From contig JBHLME010000059.1 of assembly GCA_048938445.1 (NCBI GenBank), positions 1 through 26,158 on the forward strand: a stretch of 26,158 nt of DNA. Direction: 5' to 3'. Shown here in pieces: positions 1-8,141 of the stretch. This DNA is from Promethearchaeota archaeon (GTDB taxonomy: Archaea > Asgardarchaeota > Lokiarchaeia > Sigyniarchaeales > SOKP01). How positions within the stretch are numbered: position 1 is the first letter of the stretch; every line of letters begins with the position of its first letter. The notes under the pieces are model-generated. The model made no database searches. It was not told where the DNA came from and saw nothing but the letters and a program-made list of their open reading frames with translations. The translations under genes and the position numbers were made by a program.

Positions 1-1
1 C

Positions 2-643
2 TTAAATCTATTTGAAGAAAGAGAAAAAAAAAATATTCTTGATCCTTTTGTTGGTAATGGAACTATCCCCTTGTTTGGAATCATTCAAGACTTTCAAACA
101 TATGGTTCTGATATTGATAAAAAGAAAGTAATAAATACAACGCGAAATATTAACTGGTTATTAGAAGTTTTAGAAGAAGATGTTCCATTTTTATTAAATG
201 AACGATTTATTACGGCAGATATAAAAAATCTATCAAATAAATTTAAGAAAGCGTTTTTTGATGGAATTTGTACTGAGCCATCTCTAGGTCCATTTTATAA
301 GAATAAACCATATTATATTCAAGTTAAAGAATTAATAGAAAATGAGTTAGAACCCTTATACATTAATACATTTAGAGAAGCAAATGTTTTATTAAAAAAA
401 GGATGTAGATTAGTACTAGTAGCTCCAGTATTTAGTACTATAGATGGAGGTGATTTACAAATTAATATAGAAAAAATTGGTAGAAATAATAATTTCATAT
501 TAGTTCCAATGTTAGATACCAATAGAATTATAAATAAATCCAATCAAAAACTTCAATTTCGAGAAAAGCACGTAAAATCATTATTGGATGCCAAGAAAGG
601 ACAAATTTTGAAGAGAAAAATATATGTATTTGAAAAAAAATAA
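2..643 (+). CDS. Class I SAM-dependent methyltransferase, Trm11/Trm14-like RNA methylase; 5'-truncated by the window edge
   Basis: The frame is open from base 2 (LNLFEEREKKNILDPFVGNGTIPLFG...). It shows motif I DPFVGNGT, the acidic GSDID, and the motif-IV-like DGICTEPSLG (cf. TDPPYG). The ORF-track start at 71 falls after motif I, so it is not the real start. Confidence 0.75.
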   Translation, partial: LNLFEEREKKNILDPFVGNGTIPLFGIIQDFQTYGSDIDKKKVINTTRNINWLLEVLEEDVPFLLNERFITADIKNLSNKFKKAFFDGICTEPSLGPFYKNKPYYIQVKELIENELEPLYINTFREANVLLKKGCRLVLVAPVFSTIDGGDLQINIEKIGRNNNFILVPMLDTNRIINKSNQKLQFREKHVKSLLDAKKGQILKRKIYVFEKK

Positions 644-650
644 TAAAATA

Positions 651-1334
651 ATGAAGAATTATAGAGATATTCTAAATAAAATCGAAAATTCCTTAGAAGG
701 AAATGCACACTTGGATGATTTAGCAAAAAAAAATAATGATCCATTTAAAATACTAATATCAACAATATTATCAGCAAGAACTAGAGATGCTTGTACCATC
801 GAAGCAACCGAAACATTATTTAATGAATATAATACTCCCGAATTAATTGCTAATGCTGATATAGAACATCTCGAAATCTTAATTAAAAAGTCGGGCTTCT
901 ATAAGGTCAAGGCTGCCCGTATAAAGGACGTATCTAAATTACTGTTAGAAAAATATGAAGGAAAAGTACCTCAAAATTTTGATGATCTTATAGAATTACC
1001 AGGTGTAGGAGCAAAAACAGCTAATTGTGTACTTGTTTATGCATTTAAAATTCCTGCAATTCCGGTTGATACCCATGTTCATCGCATACCAAATCGTTTA
1101 GGATGGATTCAAACAAAAGCACCAGAACAAACTGAAAAAAAATTAAAAGAAATGCTACCCGAAGATCAATGGATAAGAGTTAATAGAATTTTTGTAAAAT
1201 TTGGGCAACAAACATGTTTACCTACTAATCCCAGATGTGATTCATGCCCTATATCGGAAACATGTCCTAAAATTTTTACAATAGAAAGAAAGAGGAAAAA
1301 AAACCTTAAAGTGCTCAAAGTTAAACTCGAATAA
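651..1334 (+). CDS. nth: Endonuclease III (HhH-GPD DNA glycosylase/AP lyase with 4Fe-4S cluster)
   Basis: Motifs: DPFKILISTILSART, HhH LPGVGAKTA with catalytic Lys, PVDTHVHR with catalytic Asp, and C-X6-C-X2-C-X5-C (CLPTNPRCDSCPISETC). ATG 651 is preferred over 624 because it does not overlap the upstream gene. Confidence 0.95.
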   Translation: MKNYRDILNKIENSLEGNAHLDDLAKKNNDPFKILISTILSARTRDACTIEATETLFNEYNTPELIANADIEHLEILIKKSGFYKVKAARIKDVSKLLLEKYEGKVPQNFDDLIELPGVGAKTANCVLVYAFKIPAIPVDTHVHRIPNRLGWIQTKAPEQTEKKLKEMLPEDQWIRVNRIFVKFGQQTCLPTNPRCDSCPISETCPKIFTIERKRKKNLKVLKVKLE

Positions 1335-1358
1335 AATAATTAATGTCTTTTATCGAAA

Positions 1359-2024
1359 TTAATGAGTTTCTTCTTCTACTACTTCCTCTACTACTTCTTC
1401 TTCCAGTTCTTCCTCCTCCTCAATAATACTTAATTTATCCTTACGCTTAATCAAAAAATAACTAAAACCAATTCCTCCTAATAAACCGAAAAAATGGGCA
1501 AATATATTAATAGCAGGTTCAAAACCAATTATAATAAAAAGAACAATATATATTAGAGCAAGAATTAATACAATTCTTTCATTGCTCCTTGCAGCTAAAA
1601 CAAAGGCAGCTCCTATTAATCCAAATATCGCTCCGGAAGCACCTAAACTAATAGTATTAGGGGGATAAAGAACCAATGAAAAGAGATTTCCGATTAAACC
1701 AGAAATTAAATATATTAGAATAAATTCATATTTTTCAAAATTTTTTTCGATGAGTGAACCATATAGAAATAACATTATCATGTTAATAATTAAATGAAAC
1801 ATTGTTTGATGAATGAATAAACTAGTGATAATTCTCCAAATTTCAAACCTTTCTATAACACCGCTATTATCTAGAGCAAATAATCGTAATATCGAGTTTT
1901 TTTCATAAAGAGAGCCTGTATTTTGTGAAAAAAGATACATCATGATAAATGCAAAAATATTTAGAATTATCAATATTTGGGTTATTCTTGCATTTTTAAT
2001 TCCTTCATCATCTAATGTTTTCAT
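1359..2024 (-). CDS. Rhomboid family intramembrane serine protease
   Basis: WR motif (WRIITSLFIH), HLIINM, catalytic GASGAIFG and catalytic His in AHFFGLLGG. About six hydrophobic helices and an acidic C-terminal tail. Confidence 0.93.
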   Translation of the reverse strand: MKTLDDEGIKNARITQILIILNIFAFIMMYLFSQNTGSLYEKNSILRLFALDNSGVIERFEIWRIITSLFIHQTMFHLIINMIMLFLYGSLIEKNFEKYEFILIYLISGLIGNLFSLVLYPPNTISLGASGAIFGLIGAAFVLAARSNERIVLILALIYIVLFIIIGFEPAINIFAHFFGLLGGIGFSYFLIKRKDKLSIIEEEEELEEEVVEEVVEEETH

Positions 2025-2170
2025 TAATTTTATTTATGATTTTAATGAAAATAAATGTATATTCTTTTACATTTTTGTTAAAAAAGTATAAGAAGATGAA
2101 TTTATATTTATATTAGTAAAGTAACATGCGTTAATCTAAGAACCAATAAAAAATATGGAACTTGTCAAAA

Positions 2171-3316
2171 ATGGAAAATAATTCAATGTTTGAAGCAAAA
2201 ATACAATTGTTATTTAGTTTGATAGGAAATGGGTATTTAAAGGACAAGCGTTTATTTAAAGCGTTTCTTTATGAGAACATCGAAAATTTTATTCCAGAGG
2301 AATTTATATTTCATGCTGGTTTTTTTAATGATAGGCCTAGTCTTTTTTATCATCAGAATGTCGATAATTATAGAACAATAAGCGCACCTCACATGATAAG
2401 TATCATGCTTCAAGGGCTATTAATAAACGAACCAAATGAGGATTTGCTCATCCTAGGAGCCAAGAGTGGTTTTATAGCAGCTCTAGCACATAAATTAGCA
2501 CCGGAGGGAACAATAACAATTATAGAAGCTAATTCTGAAATTGCACAGATTACTCTTGATAATCTAAAAAACCAACATTATGACAAAAGAATTAAAGTAC
2601 TTGTTAGAAATCCCTTAGAAGGTGTTCCAGAGTTAAGTCCATGGAAAAAAATTTTAGTAACTGGTGCTATTGCACAAGAGAGAATTTATCCATTATTAAA
2701 ACAGCTTGATCCAAATGAAGGAGTTCTCTTTGCACCTATTGGTGAAGAGATGATACAAACCTATACACAAATATTACGAATAAATGATGATTTCTTTGGA
2801 AAAAAACAATTGAATGTCCAATTTTCACCATTAATGACTCAAGTAGAATTAGATGAATTAGAATTAATTACCGATTTTGATGTGTACTCAGAAGATAAAG
2901 CCAATGAATCTAAAAAACCTGAAACATCACCTATTGAAATAAAATACACTTCAAGTATATTAGATGAAGTTGATTTAATACCTAAAACTCAGTTAAAAGC
3001 AACGGAATTATTTATAAAACCAATTGATATTACATCAATTTTTTTAAAATATATTGATAAATTATTAGAATCCGTCAAAAATGTAAATGATCCTAAGATT
3101 CAAACAAACAACATAGAAAATATTGAGACTTTAATTCAAATTTTTGAGAAATTTAAAGATAAAGTCAATATTAACATAAAAAAAATCAGAAGTTCATTTA
3201 ACCAAATAAATTCACATTTCAAGAATAATAATGGTGAGAATTTGCATAAAATATTCAATTTAATTGATGAATTTCAAAAAATTATTAGAATTGAAATTGA
3301 AAAATTCAAAAATTGA
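2171..3316 (+). CDS. Protein-L-isoaspartate O-methyltransferase (Pcm)-like protein with a C-terminal extension
   Basis: TISAPHM, LLILGAKSGFIAA (cf. VLEIGTGSGY), KILVTGA, LKQLDPNEGVLFAPIG and VQFSPL follow Pcm motif order. About 150 extra C-terminal residues. Alternative TTG start at 2162. Confidence 0.75.
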   Translation: MENNSMFEAKIQLLFSLIGNGYLKDKRLFKAFLYENIENFIPEEFIFHAGFFNDRPSLFYHQNVDNYRTISAPHMISIMLQGLLINEPNEDLLILGAKSGFIAALAHKLAPEGTITIIEANSEIAQITLDNLKNQHYDKRIKVLVRNPLEGVPELSPWKKILVTGAIAQERIYPLLKQLDPNEGVLFAPIGEEMIQTYTQILRINDDFFGKKQLNVQFSPLMTQVELDELELITDFDVYSEDKANESKKPETSPIEIKYTSSILDEVDLIPKTQLKATELFIKPIDITSIFLKYIDKLLESVKNVNDPKIQTNNIENIETLIQIFEKFKDKVNINIKKIRSSFNQINSHFKNNNGENLHKIFNLIDEFQKIIRIEIEKFKN

Positions 3317-3533
3317 TTTTTTTAATAATCTCACTTTTTTTCAAATTATAGTTTTAGCACTCTAATTATTTCGCTCGTATTATCAAATTAAAGTTTTATA
3401 TATTTGAACTTTGAAGAAACTCAAGATTTAATATAAAACAATAAAAAATATTAAAGAATTGATAAAAAAATATCAAAAAATTTTTAATTTTTCTATAATT
3501 ATTAGATTATATAAATTGATATTACTCTAACAC

Positions 3534-4784
3534 ATGCCAGAATTAATTACATTTAGAAATTTTCACTATAAAGAAGCAAAAGAAAAAGGACCAGAAAGGC
3601 TAGCAGAATTAGTAGCGCCTCCTTATGATGTTATTTCAGAAAAAGAAAAAGAAGAACTAAAGAATAAAGATCCTAATAATATTTGTCATGTCATTCTTCC
3701 AGATTCTTACGAGCTTGCTGGAAAAAAATTAAATCAAATGATAGAAAATGGAATCCTAGTTCATGGTGAAAGGAGATGTTTATGTATTTACGGAATCGAT
3801 TATAAGAGACCCGATACCGGAGAAAAAATAAGCCGTTATGGTTTTGTAGGGCTTTTAAAATTAGTTGACATCTTTCCGCCATCAATTCGTCAAGGAGTAA
3901 TACCTCATGAAATGACTTTTAGAAAATATACTGAAGATAGATTTAATCTCATTAAACATACTGATTGCAATTTCTCTCCGATTTTCATGATTTATAATGG
4001 AAAAGGAGTAGCAGGAGAATTATTTAAGAAATATGTTAATACTGAACCATTTCTTCAAACTCGTGATCGAGATGGATTCCTTCATAAAATATGGGAAGTT
4101 TATGATGAAGAAGATATCAAGAAATACCAAGAAATTATAAAAAGTCATCCCGTTATTATAGCAGATGGCCATCATCGATTCCAGACTTGTTTATGGCATA
4201 GTAAAAATGAAGGATGCAAATACATCATGGCATTATTTATAGATTTTAATGATCCAGGTCTCATTATATATACATCACATCGGCAAATTCATAGATTATT
4301 TGCAAACAGTATTGAAGAGATTAAAAAGAAAGTATTAAACCATTTTGAAACAAGAGATATTGAAAATGTTGAAGAAATGAAGAAAATTATGCAAGAAAAT
4401 AGAGAAGAGCATGTATTTGGATGTTACTTTCTAAATAGATATATTTTTTTTAAACTAAAAGAACATGTAAAACCTGAAGAATTAGTTCCAAATAATAATT
4501 CAAAAGAATGGAAAAATCTCAATCTCCCTATTTTGCATTATATCCTTTTTAAAGATTTAGGAATTGAAAAGGAGGACATAACCTTTGTGAAAGGAGTAAA
4601 AAATGGATTAGAAAATGTTGATAAGGGTGAAGTTAAGGCATTATTCATTGTTAATCCTACTACATTGGAAGAGGTTCATAAAATTACAGAATTAGGAGAA
4701 ATTATGCCTCAAAAAAGCACTTATTTTTATCCAAAACCTTTATCTGGTTTGATAATTCATAAACATACTAATAAAATTGAATGA
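3534..4784 (+). CDS. DUF1015 family protein
   Basis: Family-typical motifs PPYDVIS, PHE-T, FSPIF, IADGHHR and MPQKSTYFYPK. Confidence 0.9.
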   Translation: MPELITFRNFHYKEAKEKGPERLAELVAPPYDVISEKEKEELKNKDPNNICHVILPDSYELAGKKLNQMIENGILVHGERRCLCIYGIDYKRPDTGEKISRYGFVGLLKLVDIFPPSIRQGVIPHEMTFRKYTEDRFNLIKHTDCNFSPIFMIYNGKGVAGELFKKYVNTEPFLQTRDRDGFLHKIWEVYDEEDIKKYQEIIKSHPVIIADGHHRFQTCLWHSKNEGCKYIMALFIDFNDPGLIIYTSHRQIHRLFANSIEEIKKKVLNHFETRDIENVEEMKKIMQENREEHVFGCYFLNRYIFFKLKEHVKPEELVPNNNSKEWKNLNLPILHYILFKDLGIEKEDITFVKGVKNGLENVDKGEVKALFIVNPTTLEEVHKITELGEIMPQKSTYFYPKPLSGLIIHKHTNKIE

Positions 4785-4936
4785 TATTTTATATCTAATA
4801 CTTATTTTTTTAGTTATTTTACTGTTCAATAAAATTTTGATTTATACAAAATCTTAATAATATCAAATTTTACTATATGTTTAATTGAAAATTAATCATT
4901 TAAATTATATTTATAATCATGAGGAATTAAGTTATC

Positions 4937-5662
4937 ATGGGAGAAGAAACAACAAATCAAGAATTAACAAACCTCAAACAGAAGTTAGATATAGCTAATT
5001 CTGATTTACAAAAAGCACAACAAGAACTCACTTCTACTAAAGCAGAACTTGGATCTGTTAATTTAGATATTGGAACTATGAAGGAAGAATTAGAAATTTC
5101 CAAGAACGAATTAAATACGACCAAAACAGAATTAAAAAACACTAAGAATGAATTGAATTCAAAAACTAGTGAAATAGAAAACATTAAGAACGAAATTGGT
5201 CCTTTAAAAGCAGAGATAGAACAATTAAAAGGTGAAATTACTTCAAAAACACAAGAAATAAATCATTTAAAGAGTGCATCAGAAGATTCTCAAAACACTA
5301 TAAATAATTTGAAAAATGAGATAGAATCCTTGAATGCTAGTATATCTGAATCAAACAACAAATTGGGAGAATTAAACGATATAATCTCACAAAAAGATGA
5401 AGAAATAAACAGTCTAAAGCAAGCACTCGAAGAAAAAGAGGGTAAAATTGAAGCACTCAACAATGAAATATACGCGTTAAAGCCTGAAGAACGAGCAGGA
5501 GATTATTCGAGTGAAGAACGAAAAATATGCCCTAAATGTGGTGCAGTTGGTCAAGATATAAGAGTGGTTGATGATAAAACAAAAGTACTAAGCTATATTA
5601 ACAACATCAAACTTTATGCTAAAAAAAATTTATGCAAAAAGTGTGGCCATGAATGGGTATAA
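4937..5662 (+). CDS. Long coiled-coil protein with a C-terminal C4 zinc ribbon
   Basis: About 180 aa of heptads (ELTSTKA ELGSVNL ... EINHLKS), then CPKCG...CKKCGHEW. SD-like GAGGA near 4921. Confidence 0.8.
   Translation: MGEETTNQELTNLKQKLDIANSDLQKAQQELTSTKAELGSVNLDIGTMKEELEISKNELNTTKTELKNTKNELNSKTSEIENIKNEIGPLKAEIEQLKGEITSKTQEINHLKSASEDSQNTINNLKNEIESLNASISESNNKLGELNDIISQKDEEINSLKQALEEKEGKIEALNNEIYALKPEERAGDYSSEERKICPKCGAVGQDIRVVDDKTKVLSYINNIKLYAKKNLCKKCGHEWV
5024..5275 (+). repeat. Degenerate 21-bp tandem repeat (12 units) encoding coiled-coil heptads
   Basis: GAA/GAG/GAT codons recur every 21 nt, e.g. gaattaaatacgaccaaaaca gaattaaaaaacactaagaat gaattgaattcaaaaactagt gaaatagaaaacattaagaac. 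Confidence 0.65.
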
Positions 5663-5788
5663 ATTATTTCTTTAATATCTAATTTTTTCTTTATTTAACT
5701 ACCTTACATTATTAACGGACAATAATTTTAACTTGTCAATTAAGATTATTTAAAATATAAAAGAAAAAAAGAAATAGATTAAAAAAAA

Positions 5789-7924
5789 TTACTCAATATG
5801 CATTCCTGATTCCATTTTTTGCAATTTTACTTTGAATTCATCTTGCATGGAACCTACAATTATTTTATTCTGATCTTCCAAGTTATTCAACTCTCGAATA
5901 AAGGCACTATACTGGTGTCTAAATGGTCCTGGTGGCAATTCATCCATAAAAGAATTTAAGAAATCTGCGAAATCGGATACTTTTGGAGCAGAATCAAGTT
6001 TTTTAAAGATATTTTTAAAAATCTCAAGTCCTTCCGAAGCCTTTTTGTAAGATAACTCTGCTTCTGGAGCAGCTTCTTTTGCACCCGCAGAAGTTGGGGC
6101 TGTTTTTGCTACCGAACCACCCCGACCTAGAACTATGACTTGAGGTTCTGATCGTGGATAATCTCCTGAACCCGTGCATTGATAATTGATGATGCAAGTC
6201 TCATTGCCTTTTAATAAGTCCATTTTAATTTGCAATTGATTTTCACCTCTCTCTTCAATGGATTCATATGTTGTACCTGCAGGAGGATGAAATTCGCTTA
6301 GAGAAAATCCTGCAGGAATTATGTCTTTAACCAAGAGATTTTCTAACTCGACATCACCCTTATTTTGTACCCTGACTGTAATTGCAAATTCACCTTCATT
6401 TATACCAGGTTTGATGCTTTTAAGAGTTTTAAGTTTCCTTGCAACATATTTTATTCCTATAATTGGTTCTTCTGCTGGTTTTATTAATAATTCAGCTCCC
6501 TTAACAGGCACGTTTAACATGACTTGTACAGGTGTATTATAGGTTATGTCAGGAGATGGATTCTTTGCTTGTAAAGGATAACTCATTACTAAAGTAGAAT
6601 TTTCGGGTAATTGGTTTTTTAAATCCTTTAATGAAATAGTGATCCTGTGAGCAGTATCAGGACTCACGTCATCAGGATTTATTGAGATTTTATCTACAAA
6701 TTCTTCCCTATTTTGAATTTGAATTGAGCCATCTGGATTTTTCACTGTTAATGTAATTTGCTTCAAATCAGGAGGGATAAAATCTTTTGGAATATCATCT
6801 TCTATGAATACTGTTTCAATTGCTCCAGTTCCCGTATTAGGAATTGAATTTTCAATAGTCATATCTGTATTTGCATACGCATTGACTTCTGGAGGATTGA
6901 TTGCTTTATGGATTTCAGCAGCTAATACATCATAAATTGTTGATTCCTTATTTATCTCTCCTATGACACGCGTAATAACACCGAATAAAGCAGTAAAGGT
7001 GATTTCAGAACTCAATTCTGGAACATTTGGAGTGTTCAATCCAAAATCATGATCCCAAGAGCCTTGAGGTCCAATTTCTATACTTGGAGTTTGAGAAACA
7101 ACTGTTTCAGAACCAGTAGGAATTTTATGGTCAACGTTAACATCTTCTAACATGACTTTAAATTCTGAATCATTTATGAACTCAACGTTACAATCCCATG
7201 TACCGGGAGTAGCACCCTCATCTCTAGAAACACCACTCATTGAATCTGTAATACTTCTGACTTTAGGGCTCATCATTGTTAGAATTTTATTTGGAGCAAC
7301 ATAAGTAACTTTTAAAGCACCTAAAGATTGCTTTGTTTTTTCTTCCATATTAACCGTGCATATTACTTGAAGTTCTGCAGTTTGATTTCCATCTATAGAG
7401 CCTATATCCCAGATTAGAACTCTTTTTCCATCTGCTTCAGATAATTCAGCTTTTCCCATACTTGGAGGATGAATCTCCACCTCTTTTAACATTGCTGGCA
7501 TTTCACGTTTCGATTTAATTTCTGTAATTGGCGTGCCAATCGTATTTGTATACGTGAGAGTTAATTTACATTTATTTGAATATTTATGAAGGAAATTATT
7601 GTTTATACTTGTCGCTGTTGTTCTATCCGTGTCAAAAATTTCAACTACTTTCAATAGTGGCTCTTGTAGATTTTGAATTTCATAATCTTGTTTATGATCC
7701 TGTCCCGGATTTAAAGCTCCAACATTTAATACCTTTTCAGATAAGTTTGTATTCAGAATCTCGGTCAAATCATTAGTACAATTCCATAATCTACTATTCT
7801 GGCTTGTATTTCTCGTTAACACGGTGCCATCTCCTTTAATTGATTTAATCTCTGATTTTTCGCCAAGTTCTATGTATTCCCGATCAGTAATATCAACTAC
7901 AATTAAATTTTGTAAGTCTGACAT
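5789..7924 (-). CDS. Cytoplasmic multi-beta-sandwich protein: putative N-terminal mu-homology (adaptin-like) domain, DUF11-like Ig domains, C-terminal helical domain
   Basis: No signal peptide or TM helix. DUF11-like motifs NTGTGAIETVFIEDDIPKDF and VQNKGDVELENLLVKDIIPAGF. The first ~230 aa follow the mu-adaptin/delta-COP strand pattern. The CDS is certain; the domain call is inferred. Confidence 0.55.
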   Translation of the reverse strand: MSDLQNLIVVDITDREYIELGEKSEIKSIKGDGTVLTRNTSQNSRLWNCTNDLTEILNTNLSEKVLNVGALNPGQDHKQDYEIQNLQEPLLKVVEIFDTDRTTATSINNNFLHKYSNKCKLTLTYTNTIGTPITEIKSKREMPAMLKEVEIHPPSMGKAELSEADGKRVLIWDIGSIDGNQTAELQVICTVNMEEKTKQSLGALKVTYVAPNKILTMMSPKVRSITDSMSGVSRDEGATPGTWDCNVEFINDSEFKVMLEDVNVDHKIPTGSETVVSQTPSIEIGPQGSWDHDFGLNTPNVPELSSEITFTALFGVITRVIGEINKESTIYDVLAAEIHKAINPPEVNAYANTDMTIENSIPNTGTGAIETVFIEDDIPKDFIPPDLKQITLTVKNPDGSIQIQNREEFVDKISINPDDVSPDTAHRITISLKDLKNQLPENSTLVMSYPLQAKNPSPDITYNTPVQVMLNVPVKGAELLIKPAEEPIIGIKYVARKLKTLKSIKPGINEGEFAITVRVQNKGDVELENLLVKDIIPAGFSLSEFHPPAGTTYESIEERGENQLQIKMDLLKGNETCIINYQCTGSGDYPRSEPQVIVLGRGGSVAKTAPTSAGAKEAAPEAELSYKKASEGLEIFKNIFKKLDSAPKVSDFADFLNSFMDELPPGPFRHQYSAFIRELNNLEDQNKIIVGSMQDEFKVKLQKMESGMHIE

Positions 7925-7955
7925 AATATTTCATCTAATTTTAAAATTGTAAAAT

Positions 7956-7984
7956 AAAGTTTTATAAATCCATTATAAAACTTT
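7956..7984. promoter_or_regulatory. Perfect 12-bp inverted repeat, either paired BRE/TATA-like elements or an operator in a divergent intergenic region
   Basis: AAAGTTTTATAA-atcca-TTATAAAACTTT. Each arm resembles an archaeal purine-rich BRE plus TATA box. Confidence 0.55.
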
Positions 7985-8141
7985 CCATATATAAGTTTTT
8001 TTACAACAAAGGATTTTAATAAAGACTGTTTTTATTAAAATTTCTAATGAAAATTTCATGCATTTATAAAAAATGAAACCAAAATATGTAGTGATTATTC
8101 TTACGTATATTAATTTTAATAATGAATGAGAGCAACTAATA

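Noticed and set aside
71-643. ORF-track start at TTG 71
   Set aside because: The frame is open to the window edge and the SAM-binding motif I lies upstream of 71.
1285-1302. NLS-like RKRKK at the Nth C-terminus
   Set aside because: Lys/Arg runs are expected in an A-rich genome and in DNA-binding proteins, so no targeting function can be supported.
5024-5275. 21-nt periodic repeats considered as a CRISPR array
   Set aside because: The units are degenerate, contiguous, have no spacers and are in frame within a coiled-coil CDS. No cas genes are present.
5789-7924. S-layer or secreted adhesin call based on DUF11-like motifs
   Set aside because: There is no N-terminal signal peptide and no C-terminal TM anchor.
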